From contig CAIWTN010000090.1 of the NCBI GenBank assembly GCA_903915625.1, positions 66,226 to 130,225 on the forward strand: 64,000 nt of DNA. The letters run 5' to 3'. Position numbers and translations under genes: made by a program. The notes below the pieces were generated by a model. That model did no database searches. It had not been told where the DNA came from and worked only from the letters and a program-made list of their open reading frames with translations. This DNA is from an uncultured Pseudomonadota bacterium. Lineage in GTDB: Bacteria; Bdellovibrionota_B; Oligoflexia; Oligoflexales; CAIYRB01. Within the stretch, counting starts at the first letter, position 1; each line of letters opens with the position of its first letter. Below, piece by piece: positions 33,216 to 43,597 of this stretch.

Positions 33216-34585
33216 GCTAAAGTTTCCTTTAGTAGCTGTGCGACGCGCCATACATCTCCGGCACCAACTGTCAGTACAACAGAGGGTTCGTCGAGCCTTT
33301 GCAATATAGAGTCTACTGCATCTTCGAGCCGCTCGCATGGAACAGCTTCAAGGTCCATGCGGATTTCGAGGTCATCGGCCAATTTGGTGGGGGAAAAGTC
33401 GAGGGTAGTTGATTCTCCTGCACTATAAACAGGAACGACGTATACATAGTCGGCGCCGTCGAGAGCTCCTAGCATTTCATAGTACATCGTTTCCAAACGA
33501 GAGAATCGATGGGCCTGATAAACAACATGTAGTTTGTGGTTGGGCCAAGTTTCCCTGAGGGTCTTCACGCCAGCAGCAATCTTGCCAGGATTATGCGCGT
33601 AGTCATCAAAAATTGTGATTTTCTTGTTGCTGAAAATTCGGTCCATGCGGCGCTTAACCCCGCGAAACTCCGCAAGGCTCTCGGCAGCTGTTTTGACATT
33701 GAGTTCTAGAGCCCGAGCAACTGCTAATGCACATAGTGCATTTTGCACATTATGTCGGCCCATTGTTGGGACAGTGCACTTAAGCATGTCTCTTTCGACA
33801 ATCGCCGTGAAATGAGTCCTGCCGTCGTGACAACTGTAATCACGCGCGCGCACTTCGCTGCCTAGAAAGAAACCATACGTTAGTCGTTGACCAAGATATT
33901 TTTGGCCAACCTCGCGACTAAGGGGGTGGTCCCAGCCAATGACCGCGGTGCCATCAGGATCAATGTTATTAACATAAGTTTGGAAGGCTTCCGTCATGGA
34001 CTGTTCGGTCTTAAAAAAGTCCATGTGGTCACATTCCACATTAGTTAATACGCCAATATATGGTCGGTAGTTTAAGAATGAACCGTCAGATTCATCAGCT
34101 TCGGCAACGAACAACTCACTGTTGCCCACCTTAACAGAGCTTTGATAGCGCAGCATCTCGCCGCCCGTTGCAGACCACGGCGCACACCCAAGATCATCGA
34201 GCATATGTGTAATCATGGCCGACGTGGTCGATTTGCCGTGCGTCCCGGCGACTGTTATCGCTTTTTTATCGCGCATCAAATGAGCGAGAAACTCACTGCG
34301 ATGCAGTGTTAATCTGCCAAAATTCCTTGCGCCCATTAACTCGACATTGTCCGCGGCGATTGCCGACGAATAAACAATGGTTTTGGCATTATGCGCACCG
34401 TCAAAGGTGTGCTGAGTGGAAATTTTAATGCCCAAATTTGCTAGGCGAGTTAGTGCCGGCGACGATTTAACGTCGCTGCCCTGAACCTTGTGGCCTGAAA
34501 TCAGCGCCAATTCCGCAAGGCCGGCCATTCCCGAGCCACCAATACCGATGAAATGAATCGGGTCCTCAATCGTGTCCCCCAGCAT
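33212..34585 (-). CDS. murC: UDP-N-acetylmuramate--L-alanine ligase
   Basis: N-terminal IHFIGIGGSGMAGLAE and the Mur ligase P-loop GTHGKSTT. Confidence 0.94.
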   Translation of the reverse strand: MLGDTIEDPIHFIGIGGSGMAGLAELALISGHKVQGSDVKSSPALTRLANLGIKISTQHTFDGAHNAKTIVYSSAIAADNVELMGARNFGRLTLHRSEFLAHLMRDKKAITVAGTHGKSTTSAMITHMLDDLGCAPWSATGGEMLRYQSSVKVGNSELFVAEADESDGSFLNYRPYIGVLTNVECDHMDFFKTEQSMTEAFQTYVNNIDPDGTAVIGWDHPLSREVGQKYLGQRLTYGFFLGSEVRARDYSCHDGRTHFTAIVERDMLKCTVPTMGRHNVQNALCALAVARALELNVKTAAESLAEFRGVKRRMDRIFSNKKITIFDDYAHNPGKIAAGVKTLRETWPNHKLHVVYQAHRFSRLETMYYEMLGALDGADYVYVVPVYSAGESTTLDFSPTKLADDLEIRMDLEAVPCERLEDAVDSILQRLDEPSVVLTVGAGDVWRVAQLLKETLA

Positions 34586-35720
34586 GTGCTACATCAACCT
34601 CCGCTGTGCTTGATAAACCACCAGCTAGCTTGGTCAAGATAGCGGAAATCAGCAAGAATACCAGTAGTGAACTGTTGCCGCTGGAGACAAAGGGTAAGGT
34701 CATTCCCTTCGTTGGTAGCAGGCCCATACAGACACCGATATTTATACATGCCTGGATAGCAATGGTGAGCGTCAGGCCAAAGGCGAGGAATCGACGGTGC
34801 GAGGTTGGTTGCCCCTGCGCTATCTGAAAGCCTAAAAAACTCAAATAAACAAACGCCGCACACACCAGTAAAACACCCAAAAGCCCGCTTTCTTCGCCAA
34901 TTACAGCTAAGATGAAGTCTGTATGAGCCTCGGGTAGGAAAAATAGCTTTTGTTTCGACTCGCCCAGACCAACTCCAAAAAGCCCGCCATTTTGAAAGGC
35001 GACAAAGCTCTGAATGATTTGAAACCCACTTCCCTTGACCTGCGACCATGGATCCAGAAAGCTCATCACGCGCGCCATGCGATAGGGCTCGAGAATGACT
35101 GCTATGCCGATGCCGCCGACGAAGCCAGAGAGCGCCGTTAAGACAAATTTTCTGGTGACTCCTGCAGCGAACAGCATGGAGAATGTGACGGCAAATAGGA
35201 GCACGGGTGTTCCTAGGTCGCGTTGTAATAGTAAGAGCCCAGCAATTACTGCGAAGATTAAAATATTCGGTAATACGCCACTAAAAAAATTATGAATATC
35301 GTTACTTTGGCGACTTAAATTTCGAGCTAAAAACATAACGAGTGCAAGCTTCGTTAGCTCGGATGGCTGGCCTCCGATAAAGGGGATGTTTAGCCAGCGC
35401 GAAGCACCACCGATTTTTACATACATGCCGGGTATAAAAATCAATGAAAGCACTAATAGCGTGAAGCCTAGTAGAGGAAGTGTGGAACCCTCAATCCATC
35501 GCCAAGGAAGCCACTGAATTAGGGCGAATGCTATGAAACCTACGACCGTGGCACCCACTTGCTTACGCAGAAATAAGAACTCATCACCAAACTGTTGCTG
35601 GCCCTTAAGCGAGGAGGCTGCGTATATCGCGATTAAACCCATGACCGTCAGGAGCAGAACGACCAACATGACTCGTTGCTGCTGCCAATTAAATCGAGGG
35701 TTGGCGCTGATCGTAGACAT
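34566..35720 (-). CDS. ftsW: SEDS-family peptidoglycan glycosyltransferase FtsW
   Basis: About 10 TM helices. SEDS motifs (QPSELTK, LPEAHTDFI). The start is set at the ATG at 35720 (MSTISANPRF..) with AAAGGA upstream. The track's extension overlaps murD. Confidence 0.9.
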   Translation of the reverse strand: MSTISANPRFNWQQQRVMLVVLLLTVMGLIAIYAASSLKGQQQFGDEFLFLRKQVGATVVGFIAFALIQWLPWRWIEGSTLPLLGFTLLVLSLIFIPGMYVKIGGASRWLNIPFIGGQPSELTKLALVMFLARNLSRQSNDIHNFFSGVLPNILIFAVIAGLLLLQRDLGTPVLLFAVTFSMLFAAGVTRKFVLTALSGFVGGIGIAVILEPYRMARVMSFLDPWSQVKGSGFQIIQSFVAFQNGGLFGVGLGESKQKLFFLPEAHTDFILAVIGEESGLLGVLLVCAAFVYLSFLGFQIAQGQPTSHRRFLAFGLTLTIAIQACINIGVCMGLLPTKGMTLPFVSSGNSSLLVFLLISAILTKLAGGLSSTAEVDVAHAGGHD

Positions 35721-35742
35721 GGCTTTATCCTTTGGCTGAAGC

Positions 35743-37020
35743 TTAGGGATCAAGTAGGGGATGCATAGAAGTCTGGAATACCTCGCCTCGATGCTCATAG
35801 TTTGAAAATTCATCAAAGCTAGCGCAGCCGGGAGAGAATAGTATGGGTGCGGCCTCTTTTTTTATTATGCCAGCGATTTGATCAAGTGCGATCCTTAGAT
35901 TCGGAAATTCGTGCACCCGCACACTTTCTTTGAGGTCGCGCGCGATCTCCGGCCCGGAGGCTCCAAAGGTGACAATGGCTGCAATTTTCTCTTTTTGTTT
36001 TAAAATAGGCAAATAGGACTCACCCTTGCCTTGTCCGCCCATCATCAATACGACTGGCCGATCTTGACCCTGTAATGCCACTAGTGTGGATTCGACATTA
36101 GTAGACTTGCTATCATTAATTACGGGCAAATTATTAATCCGACCGATCGTTTCACATCTGTGACGAAGCCCAACGAAACCGTTGAGTAAAAGCGCTATGT
36201 CTCGAGCGTCAGATCTCAAAGCGTGAGCAACAGCGCTGATTGCAAATCCAGCATTAAGCCTGTTATGTGGCTCGGTGATTGATTTAGGCGCAAGCGACTG
36301 CAAATAATCCGTATCTGAAATTAAGCGGGTATTCTTTTCGTCTATACCCAGTCCATAGGCCTTAGCCTCCATCAGAATGTTCTGAGGAACTATAGCTAGG
36401 CTGTCCTCGGGCATATCCTCGAACACCCGCCATTTTGCCTTTATGTAGCCTTCCAGGGAACCGTGCCGGGCCAGGTGATCGTGAGAAAAACTTGTGAAAA
36501 TTGCGATCTTAGGCTTAACCGATGCGGACTGTTCCAGCTGGTACGAGGAAAGCTCCAGAATCAGGTGTGGCGCAAGTTTGCCCTCAGCTAGCATCTGAGT
36601 GGGCGGCTCGCCGAAATTTCCCCCTAAAGCGGCGTCAGCACCAAGCTTGCGCAACAGATGATCGATCATCGCGCATGTAGTGCTTTTGCCATTAGTGCCG
36701 GTGACTGCGAATAGAACTCCAGAATATTCGCGCATTGCTAAATCGATTTCCGTCATGACCGGAATGTTTCTGAGCTTCGCTTCCACCAGAAGTGGGTGCG
36801 ACACGGGAATCCCGGGAGAAACGACAATTTGACTGATTCCGTCCAGGTGCTCTGATTTGTGCCCGCCGTCGAATAAGTCAGCACCGATAATTTCAAATTT
36901 CTCGATCTTTGCCTTCGGGAGAGAAGTACCCTCACTAATTCGAACGTCTATATTCCTTGAGCGCAGTAGTCTTGCGGCACCAAGTCCAGAAACACCCGCA
37001 CCAATGATCAACCATCTCAT
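35743..37020 (-). CDS. murD: UDP-N-acetylmuramoylalanine--D-glutamate ligase
   Basis: N-terminal Rossmann motif IIGAGVSGLGAARLL and P-loop GTNGKSTT. ATGA overlap with the murF stop. Confidence 0.93.
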   Translation of the reverse strand: MRWLIIGAGVSGLGAARLLRSRNIDVRISEGTSLPKAKIEKFEIIGADLFDGGHKSEHLDGISQIVVSPGIPVSHPLLVEAKLRNIPVMTEIDLAMREYSGVLFAVTGTNGKSTTCAMIDHLLRKLGADAALGGNFGEPPTQMLAEGKLAPHLILELSSYQLEQSASVKPKIAIFTSFSHDHLARHGSLEGYIKAKWRVFEDMPEDSLAIVPQNILMEAKAYGLGIDEKNTRLISDTDYLQSLAPKSITEPHNRLNAGFAISAVAHALRSDARDIALLLNGFVGLRHRCETIGRINNLPVINDSKSTNVESTLVALQGQDRPVVLMMGGQGKGESYLPILKQKEKIAAIVTFGASGPEIARDLKESVRVHEFPNLRIALDQIAGIIKKEAAPILFSPGCASFDEFSNYEHRGEVFQTSMHPLLDP

Positions 37021-38426
37021 GATGGCACCGCGGTCAAAGTGTCAAGCAATTTGCTTAATTTCACGCTGTTCGAACCCTTTGCATAGAGGACTTGTCCGAT
37101 TGACTTGTAGTCAATAGCAGCATTGATTAACTCGTTAACGGAGTCGAAACATCTGGTTTTGGACGGCGGAAAACCAGCTGCACATGATGCTTCAGCGATT
37201 TGCTTCGCCTCAGCGCCGACCGTAATAAGTAGCGCAGGATTTATTGTCGGTACCGAATTCTTGCCAATGTCTTTGTGGGCATCTGGGCTAGCCTCACCTA
37301 GCTCAAGCATGTCGCCAAGAATTAGAATTAAGCCACTGGCGGGATATGCACGAGCGACGGTCTTCAAGCCGACTGCCATACTCTCAGGATTGGCGTTGTA
37401 AGTGTCGTCAATGATTGTCAGACCCTTGGACTTTAGAAGATAATAGCGCCCCTTAACGCCGCGAAAACCATTCAGACCGGTTGTAATTGACTCGGGTTTG
37501 ACTCCTGCCGCTAAGGCTAGCGCAGCAGCGGCGGCTACGTTGATCGGAAATACTTCGTGAGCGATTCCGAGGTTAATTGTCAGCTCTTCTCCGCTTGGGA
37601 TTCGCAGACGAACAACCATCCCACCGTCGACACTCCATTCGCTGCCGATCAGGCGCACATCAGACTCCGCCGCCTTACCGAAGCTAATGGTTTTTTTCCC
37701 AGTTTTAATTGCATTTTCAAAGATTCTAGAATCGTCCCGGAAGGCAACTTGAACGGCATGAGGCGGACTATTTCTGAAGATTTCCAATTTAGTGGCAAGT
37801 AAGTTTTCGACTGATCCAAAAATACCGAGGTGGGCAGTGCCAACATTGATAAGGCCGACAATATCGGGAGACGCCATTTCGCACAGAAACTTTATGTTTC
37901 CGTGGTTGCGTGCGCCAAACTCAAGAGCTGCATATCTTAGATCTGGACTAAGTTGTTGGAGGCTCTTTGGTACACCGACTTCATTATTGAAGCTGGCATG
38001 AGTAGCAAACGTTGGTCCATCAGCACGTAATATGGCTCCGAGCATTTCCTTTGTCGTGGTTTTGCCCGCAGATCCTGTCAAGGCTATGAGGCGCAATGAT
38101 TTCAGTTTTTTGCGCCATCCAGCTGCGGCTAACTGAAATGCAAGCAGTGTGTTTGTAACTGCAAAACCCTTGTCGAGTATGTCCTCTGGTATGGTGCTGG
38201 TGCGAGAGGTGTCATAAAAAAAACCAGCTCCGCCTTTTTTCATAGCCTCCGCAATAAATTGATGGCCGTCAAAGTTGTTGCCATCAATAGGAATAAACCA
38301 TTGACCGGGCTGAATAGATCTTGAGTCGGTCGAGAGCTCTAAGAGTTCAGGGGCCCGTGCGATTGGTGTTGACGCTGCGCGGGCAACGGATCCGAGCCAT
38401 TCTTTGTAATCAAGCCATGTCAGCAT
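37017..38426 (-). CDS. murF: UDP-N-acetylmuramoyl-tripeptide--D-alanyl-D-alanine ligase
   Basis: Mur ligase P-loop GSAGKTTTKEM. MurF-type N-terminal domain. Lies after murE. Confidence 0.93.
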   Translation of the reverse strand: MLTWLDYKEWLGSVARAASTPIARAPELLELSTDSRSIQPGQWFIPIDGNNFDGHQFIAEAMKKGGAGFFYDTSRTSTIPEDILDKGFAVTNTLLAFQLAAAGWRKKLKSLRLIALTGSAGKTTTKEMLGAILRADGPTFATHASFNNEVGVPKSLQQLSPDLRYAALEFGARNHGNIKFLCEMASPDIVGLINVGTAHLGIFGSVENLLATKLEIFRNSPPHAVQVAFRDDSRIFENAIKTGKKTISFGKAAESDVRLIGSEWSVDGGMVVRLRIPSGEELTINLGIAHEVFPINVAAAAALALAAGVKPESITTGLNGFRGVKGRYYLLKSKGLTIIDDTYNANPESMAVGLKTVARAYPASGLILILGDMLELGEASPDAHKDIGKNSVPTINPALLITVGAEAKQIAEASCAAGFPPSKTRCFDSVNELINAAIDYKSIGQVLYAKGSNSVKLSKLLDTLTAVPS

Positions 38427-39976
38427 TTTATGTTGCTTTCATTAGTTCCGTAGAGTTTCAGAGCAGCTTTAGCCACGAGGCGGTCGTCGAAAGGAACAGT
38501 TTTATGGGCAAAAATTTGCGAGGTTTCGTGTCCCTTACCAGCAATGAGAATTAAGTCCTCGACCTTAGCGCCTCTTATAGCCTCAGCAATAGCCTTGCCT
38601 CGATCAACTTCCAGTGTAACTTTGTCGCGTTGGCGACAACCGGTGGCTATTTCATTGAGTATAGCTAGGGGGCTTTCACCGCGAGGATTATCTGAGGTGA
38701 TAATAACCTTATCAGCCAGTCGTTCAGCTATCTCGCCCATCAATGGCCGCTTGCCGCGGTCCCTCTCCCCGCCACAGCCAAAAATGACGACTAACTTGGC
38801 TCGGCAGAGTGGTCTAAGGACTTTGAGCGTCTTTTCAAGAGCATCTGGGGTGTGTGCGTAATCGACTATGACGGCGGGCGCGTTGGATTCGAACACTTGT
38901 TCTAATCGACCCGGAACTGGTGCCAAGTTAGTCCAGTAGTTCTTATCTAACCAGCAACCAGCTGCAGCCGAGGCAAGTAAGACCGCTGCTGCAAAGTTTT
39001 CAACAGCATGTGTAGAAAAGTAGGGGACTTCGCCGGTAGTGACATGATTTTCGTAGCTTAAGCCCAGGTGGGTGCCTTTGAAACTAGAGCCTATGCTATC
39101 TACGACGAGCTCGTTAATGTGAGCACCCTCTGCACGCTTGCTGCGATCGTTTAAACGGTAAACCACCTTGGTGCCAGGTAAGTTTTTTAGCTCCAAGTTG
39201 CGAGGCAGAGATCCGGCGAATCCTAGTACGGCGTCAGGCTGGACGTGCTGGGTAAACAGGTTCCATTTGGTATTCCAATAAGCATCGAGTGTAGGATGAA
39301 AATCCAAATGATCACGCGAAAAACTTGTAAATACGGCCCCACTAAAATGAATTGGAGCCAACTTGCCTTGTGCTAGTGCATGCGACGAGGCTTCCAGGGC
39401 CACGGCCTTGAAACCGTTTTCGACTGCTAAAGCGAGCATGCCGTAAAGCACATCGGGATCGGGAGTTGTGTGATTAGTTGGTAGTTTGATATCTCCAAAA
39501 AAAGCACCCAAGGTCCCAATAGTCACGGTTTTTACGCCGGCCGCACGAAGCAGCTCACCCGTCATCCAGACTGTGCTTGTCTTGCCATTTGTTCCCGTAG
39601 CAGCCAACAAAATGAGATGCTCCTGGGGGTTTCCGAAGGCTGCAGCAGCAAGGTGAGCCCAGGCTACCCGCGTATCGTTTACCTGGATCCACGGCACCGC
39701 ATCGGCATTGACGAAGGTATTGTTTGGAGGCTCTTCGAGTATTAAAAGTCCAGCGCCCTTGATGATGGCTTCGCCCAGATGCTCATGGCCGTCTGATTTT
39801 TGGCCTTTAATAGCCAGGAAGATATCGCCTTTCGCGACTGACCGCGAGTCAGTCCGTAGGCCCACGCGCTCATTGGACAGACGCTGTTTTTTGTAATCTG
39901 AAACCAAATTCTTGCCTAGCAGCACAGAAAGCGCCGCATCGGCAGAGATTTCACATTTTTTTAGAGTTAGATCCAT
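38420..39976 (-). CDS. murE: UDP-N-acetylmuramoyl-L-alanyl-D-glutamate--2,6-diaminopimelate ligase
   Basis: P-loop GTNGKTST and a DNPR motif (ITSDNPRGE) typical of the meso-DAP-adding MurE. Confidence 0.93.
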   Translation of the reverse strand: MDLTLKKCEISADAALSVLLGKNLVSDYKKQRLSNERVGLRTDSRSVAKGDIFLAIKGQKSDGHEHLGEAIIKGAGLLILEEPPNNTFVNADAVPWIQVNDTRVAWAHLAAAAFGNPQEHLILLAATGTNGKTSTVWMTGELLRAAGVKTVTIGTLGAFFGDIKLPTNHTTPDPDVLYGMLALAVENGFKAVALEASSHALAQGKLAPIHFSGAVFTSFSRDHLDFHPTLDAYWNTKWNLFTQHVQPDAVLGFAGSLPRNLELKNLPGTKVVYRLNDRSKRAEGAHINELVVDSIGSSFKGTHLGLSYENHVTTGEVPYFSTHAVENFAAAVLLASAAAGCWLDKNYWTNLAPVPGRLEQVFESNAPAVIVDYAHTPDALEKTLKVLRPLCRAKLVVIFGCGGERDRGKRPLMGEIAERLADKVIITSDNPRGESPLAILNEIATGCRQRDKVTLEVDRGKAIAEAIRGAKVEDLILIAGKGHETSQIFAHKTVPFDDRLVAKAALKLYGTNESNIKC

Positions 39977-41786
39977 GGTGTTCAGTTTTTGCCAGCGGTG
40001 GTGTTGGCGTCTTTACAGCCGGGTCGGGTAAGTCAGGGGCTACGTTTAAGTACCGCAAACTTCGCTCTACAATGTGGGCGAAGATAGGACCAGCCACCTC
40101 GCCTCCATAATAGAGTTTTCCACCCGGTTCGTCGATCATGACATAGACGACCAAATGTGGGTCCTCTACGGGCGAGAATCCGACAAAACTGGAGATGTAC
40201 TTACCCTTCGCGTAGCCTTTTACGCCTGGCTCGACTTTTTGGGCGGTTCCGGTTTTACCAGCAGTGCTGTAACTCACTGCTTTAGCTTTTTTGCCCGTAC
40301 CATGCGCATCAGTGACAACTCGCTGTAAAAGTCCCCGCATCGTTCTTGCCGTTGCCGGTGATACTACGTCCCGAACTACTTTTGTCGTTGCACTGTTCAC
40401 CAGCAGTCCATCAGACGAAATGATTCGTTCGACTAGGGCGGGCTTCATAAGGTGTCCGCCATTGGCCAGAGCTCCCATGCCCTGCACAAGCTCCAGGCCA
40501 GTTACCGCAAAACCGTGGCCAAAGGAAACATTGGCGAAGCGCACTTGAGCCCACTTATGGAAGTCCGTGATGTACCCTGAAGATTCGCCAGGAAAGCCAA
40601 GGAGACTGTTTTTACCGGCAAAGCCGAATCCGGTAAGCGCGTTGTAAGTCGACTCGCGACCCATTTCATTTGCGATTTTATAGGTGCAAATATTGCTAGA
40701 GCGGATCAGGGTTTCGGCCGTTGTGAGTTTATCCGCTCCGTGGGTGTCGTGAATGGTGTGGTTGCCGATTTTGAGGGATCCGGACTCGCAGTTATGTTCC
40801 TCGTCGGGATGCGTGCTCTTATTTTCAATTGCCTGTGCGATGATGAATGGTTTTATGACGGAACCGGGTTCAAAAGTGTCGAGAAAAGCATTGTTTCGCG
40901 CCTGAATCATTTTTACGTGGCGACTATTGTTCGGGTCAAACGAAGGATAGTTAGCGACTGCTAGAATGCGCCCGGTGTGCGGATCCGAGACTATCGCAAA
41001 GCCACGAAGAGCCGCGGAATTCTTCACGCCGATGGCGAGCTCCTCCTCCGCAATTTCCTGGATTACGCTGTCGATTGTCAGAAGAATACTATTGCCTGTA
41101 CGTTCAGGGGCGGCTCCAACTGCTTCGTTTACGATAAAATTACCTCGGGCATCTTTGCTCGCCATGACCTTGACGCCTTTGCCGCGCAAGTCACGATCAA
41201 ATTGGCGCTCGAGACCAGATAGTCCGCTGTTGTCTAGTCCGGTGAACCCTAGTATTTGGGCCGCAGCGCTGCCCGAAGGATAGTATCGCGCGGGTTCGTT
41301 GATTTCGACCAAACCAACTAGTCCAAGATTCATCGCGGCATCAGCAATTCGCTGGTCTAATTGACGAGCCACCCAAGCGAAGTAACTTTTCTTTGTCGTC
41401 AATCGACGAAGCTTTTGCGGCGAGATTTTTAGTATTCGAGCGAGCTGGCTAAGTTCCCCAGCACTCGGATGGAATACTCGTGGATTAACCGCCAAGGAAG
41501 GCCTTTTAACACTGATTGCGAGTGGCTCTCCGCGATGGTCGAAGATGTTTCCGCGGCTTGGTGCAAGGGTGACTTCTTGTTGATATTGATTGTCAGCAAG
41601 ATGCTGGAGGGAGTCTCCCTGAGACGGAAAAATATGCAAGATAACGGCCCGTACAGCAATCAGTCCGAATAAACAAAGTAGAATCCACTGGATTAAATGT
41701 GCTCTGTCGCTTCGAAACTCTCCAGCTTGAGTTCGAGCTGAGCGACCAAAAATGAGTAGATGGATTTTTTTTAGCAAGCGACTCAC
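39951..41786 (-). CDS. ftsI: Peptidoglycan D,D-transpeptidase FtsI (class B PBP)
   Basis: N-terminal TM anchor and PBP dimerisation domain. Transpeptidase motifs SVIKP (SxxK), SSN and KTGT. Confidence 0.9.
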   Translation of the reverse strand: MSRLLKKIHLLIFGRSARTQAGEFRSDRAHLIQWILLCLFGLIAVRAVILHIFPSQGDSLQHLADNQYQQEVTLAPSRGNIFDHRGEPLAISVKRPSLAVNPRVFHPSAGELSQLARILKISPQKLRRLTTKKSYFAWVARQLDQRIADAAMNLGLVGLVEINEPARYYPSGSAAAQILGFTGLDNSGLSGLERQFDRDLRGKGVKVMASKDARGNFIVNEAVGAAPERTGNSILLTIDSVIQEIAEEELAIGVKNSAALRGFAIVSDPHTGRILAVANYPSFDPNNSRHVKMIQARNNAFLDTFEPGSVIKPFIIAQAIENKSTHPDEEHNCESGSLKIGNHTIHDTHGADKLTTAETLIRSSNICTYKIANEMGRESTYNALTGFGFAGKNSLLGFPGESSGYITDFHKWAQVRFANVSFGHGFAVTGLELVQGMGALANGGHLMKPALVERIISSDGLLVNSATTKVVRDVVSPATARTMRGLLQRVVTDAHGTGKKAKAVSYSTAGKTGTAQKVEPGVKGYAKGKYISSFVGFSPVEDPHLVVYVMIDEPGGKLYYGGEVAGPIFAHIVERSLRYLNVAPDLPDPAVKTPTPPLAKTEHHGSNSKKM

Positions 41787-42064
41787 TTAAGAGCAAAAGT
41801 CCCTTCGGCAGAGCCTTTGGGGGAGTTGACCTGAATAATTCGCTGCAAATGCTTCTGAGTTGTTATCTTGGCGAGTTGCATTTTTAGTACATTTCTCGAT
41901 TCTATTAATCTCGCCTCAGCCGCCTTCAGATGGCCAATTTCGTATCCGATCATAGTAGTCTGCACGCGGAGATGAATCCGAAGCATCACTAGAGTCATTA
42001 AGATTAGGCTGAATACAGCCAAGACAGTTGTGGCCGTCAGCGGTATTACGTTCCTCTGATTCAT
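41783..42064 (-). CDS. ftsL: Cell division protein FtsL
   Basis: 93 aa, a single TM helix followed by a coiled-coil segment. Lies between rsmH and ftsI with a 4-nt overlap. Assigned mainly by position. Confidence 0.65.
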   Translation of the reverse strand: MNQRNVIPLTATTVLAVFSLILMTLVMLRIHLRVQTTMIGYEIGHLKAAEARLIESRNVLKMQLAKITTQKHLQRIIQVNSPKGSAEGTFALK

Positions 42065-42101
42065 TAGCTGTCCTTAAGTTTAATCATAGCTAGAAAATAA
42101 A

Positions 42102-43073
42102 TCAAAGCTTGGCGAGAACTCGCATCTTAGCGCTACGTGCACGGGGGTTAAGGTCGATCTCGGCTTGGGTGGGAACAGCAGGGAATGGCTTGATTATATC
42201 AGCTTTCGCGGCAATTAACCGGTCGATAGAGGACGCGACGATGGGGAGGTCGCGAGGAATACTCTCTCTTTTGTTCTTTCCTGTGTAATCGACAAACTTT
42301 TGTTTCACAATCCTGTCCTCGAGAGAGTGAAAACTGATAATCACCAGGCGTCCACCAGGTTTTAGGGCTGCAAAAGCGCTGTCCAAAAGAGCCTTTAGCT
42401 CTCCTAGTTCGTCGTTAACGGCGATGCGCAAAGCTTGAAAAACTCTGGTGGCCGGATGCTTGCGACTAACGGTGGGATATGCAGCCGCCGCCTTAACAAG
42501 ATCGGCGAGTTGCCGCGTCGTCACGATAGGAGTGGTTTCCCTAACCTGCAAGATGCGGCGAGCAATCTGTTTTGCCTTTGGCTCCTCGCCGTATTCTCGG
42601 AATATTCGTATCAGAGTCTCTTCGTCCTCCTCGGCAATTAGATCCGCTGCAGTACGTTCGCCACTCTGATCCATTCTCATATCAAGCGGCCCGTCGTCCT
42701 GAAAAGAAAAGCCGCGCTCAGAGTCATCTAAGTGCATACTCGAGACACCAATATCTGCGCAAATCGCTTGAACTTTTCCTTCTATATTGTGTCGTTTGAC
42801 AATCTCGTCTAGGGCAGAAAAAGGAGCCATCTCTAGCTTTAGGGTGCCAGTGGCTAAGTGTTGTTCGAGGCGGCTACTAGCGATCTTCAGCGCAGCTTTG
42901 TCTCGGTCAACACCGATCACTTGGCCGCCTTCCCTTACCTTTCCAAGAATTCTTTCCGTGTGCCCGCCAGCACCGACAGTGCAGTCGATAGCGATGTCGC
43001 CAGGCTTCAGATTCATTGCCTCTACGAGCTCTGTTAGAAGTACGGTCTGATGCAATTGGGTAGGATTTTTCAC
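42102..43073 (-). CDS. rsmH: 16S rRNA (cytosine1402-N4)-methyltransferase
   Basis: HxPVLL-type N-terminus (HQTVLLTE), the SAM-binding motif DCTVGAGGH, and FHSLEDRIVK. Confidence 0.94.
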   Translation of the reverse strand: MKNPTQLHQTVLLTELVEAMNLKPGDIAIDCTVGAGGHTERILGKVREGGQVIGVDRDKAALKIASSRLEQHLATGTLKLEMAPFSALDEIVKRHNIEGKVQAICADIGVSSMHLDDSERGFSFQDDGPLDMRMDQSGERTAADLIAEEDEETLIRIFREYGEEPKAKQIARRILQVRETTPIVTTRQLADLVKAAAAYPTVSRKHPATRVFQALRIAVNDELGELKALLDSAFAALKPGGRLVIISFHSLEDRIVKQKFVDYTGKNKRESIPRDLPIVASSIDRLIAAKADIIKPFPAVPTQAEIDLNPRARSAKMRVLAKL

Positions 43074-43522
43074 AGCGGAATTCCAAATTCTGAGAGTGCG
43101 GCACTGATTGACCTGGCTTGGTCGGCCATTTCGTTAAAACATGTATGCCATCGTTCCGCGGCCCATATTTCAATTTTATCTAGTTGTCCGATTACGACAC
43201 AGTCTTTTTGCAGATTAACGTCGCGCCTTAGGTCCATAGGTACCAGTATGCGACCAGCTTTGTCGATTGGACATTCCTGGGCACAACCGATGAAAAGTCT
43301 TTTAAAAGCGGTCACACGTGCATCAAACTGGGGCAGCTTAGCCAAATTTTCGACCTTTTTTTGCCATTCCGGGATCGAGTAAGCAGCTAAACATCTGTCT
43401 GCAATGGTTAAAATAACCGACGCATCGTCTAAGTCGTCGCCACTTAAAAGGCGCCTGAAGGCGGCCGGCAGAGCCAAGCGACCTTTCTCATCAATGGTGT
43501 GTTCAAATTTGCCTTGGAACAA
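43070..43522 (-). CDS. mraZ: Transcriptional regulator MraZ
   Basis: Two SpoVT/AbrB-like repeats, each with the DxKGRxxxP motif (IDEKGRLALP, IDKAGRILVP). The start is inferred at the TTG at 43522, giving MFQGKFEHTIDEKGR (150 aa, the canonical length) with a GGGAG RBS 6 nt upstream. An ATG at 43561 is an alternative. The track start at 43612 overlaps the MraZ-box operator. Confidence 0.85.
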   Translation of the reverse strand: MFQGKFEHTIDEKGRLALPAAFRRLLSGDDLDDASVILTIADRCLAAYSIPEWQKKVENLAKLPQFDARVTAFKRLFIGCAQECPIDKAGRILVPMDLRRDVNLQKDCVVIGQLDKIEIWAAERWHTCFNEMADQARSISAALSEFGIPL

Positions 43523-43597
43523 GGCGAGCTCCCGGTCGGGAAAAGCACAAGATTGAGGCATTGGTGGCAGGTTAGACAAGTAAGAGTGGTGTGTGAC

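Noticed and set aside
43311-43326. A CACGTG-containing sequence (TCACACGTGCATCA) inside mraZ, and another at about 16298-16312, as extra parS sites.
   Set aside because: Only the central CACGTG hexamer matches. The flanking arms diverge from TGTTNCACGTGAAACA at most positions.
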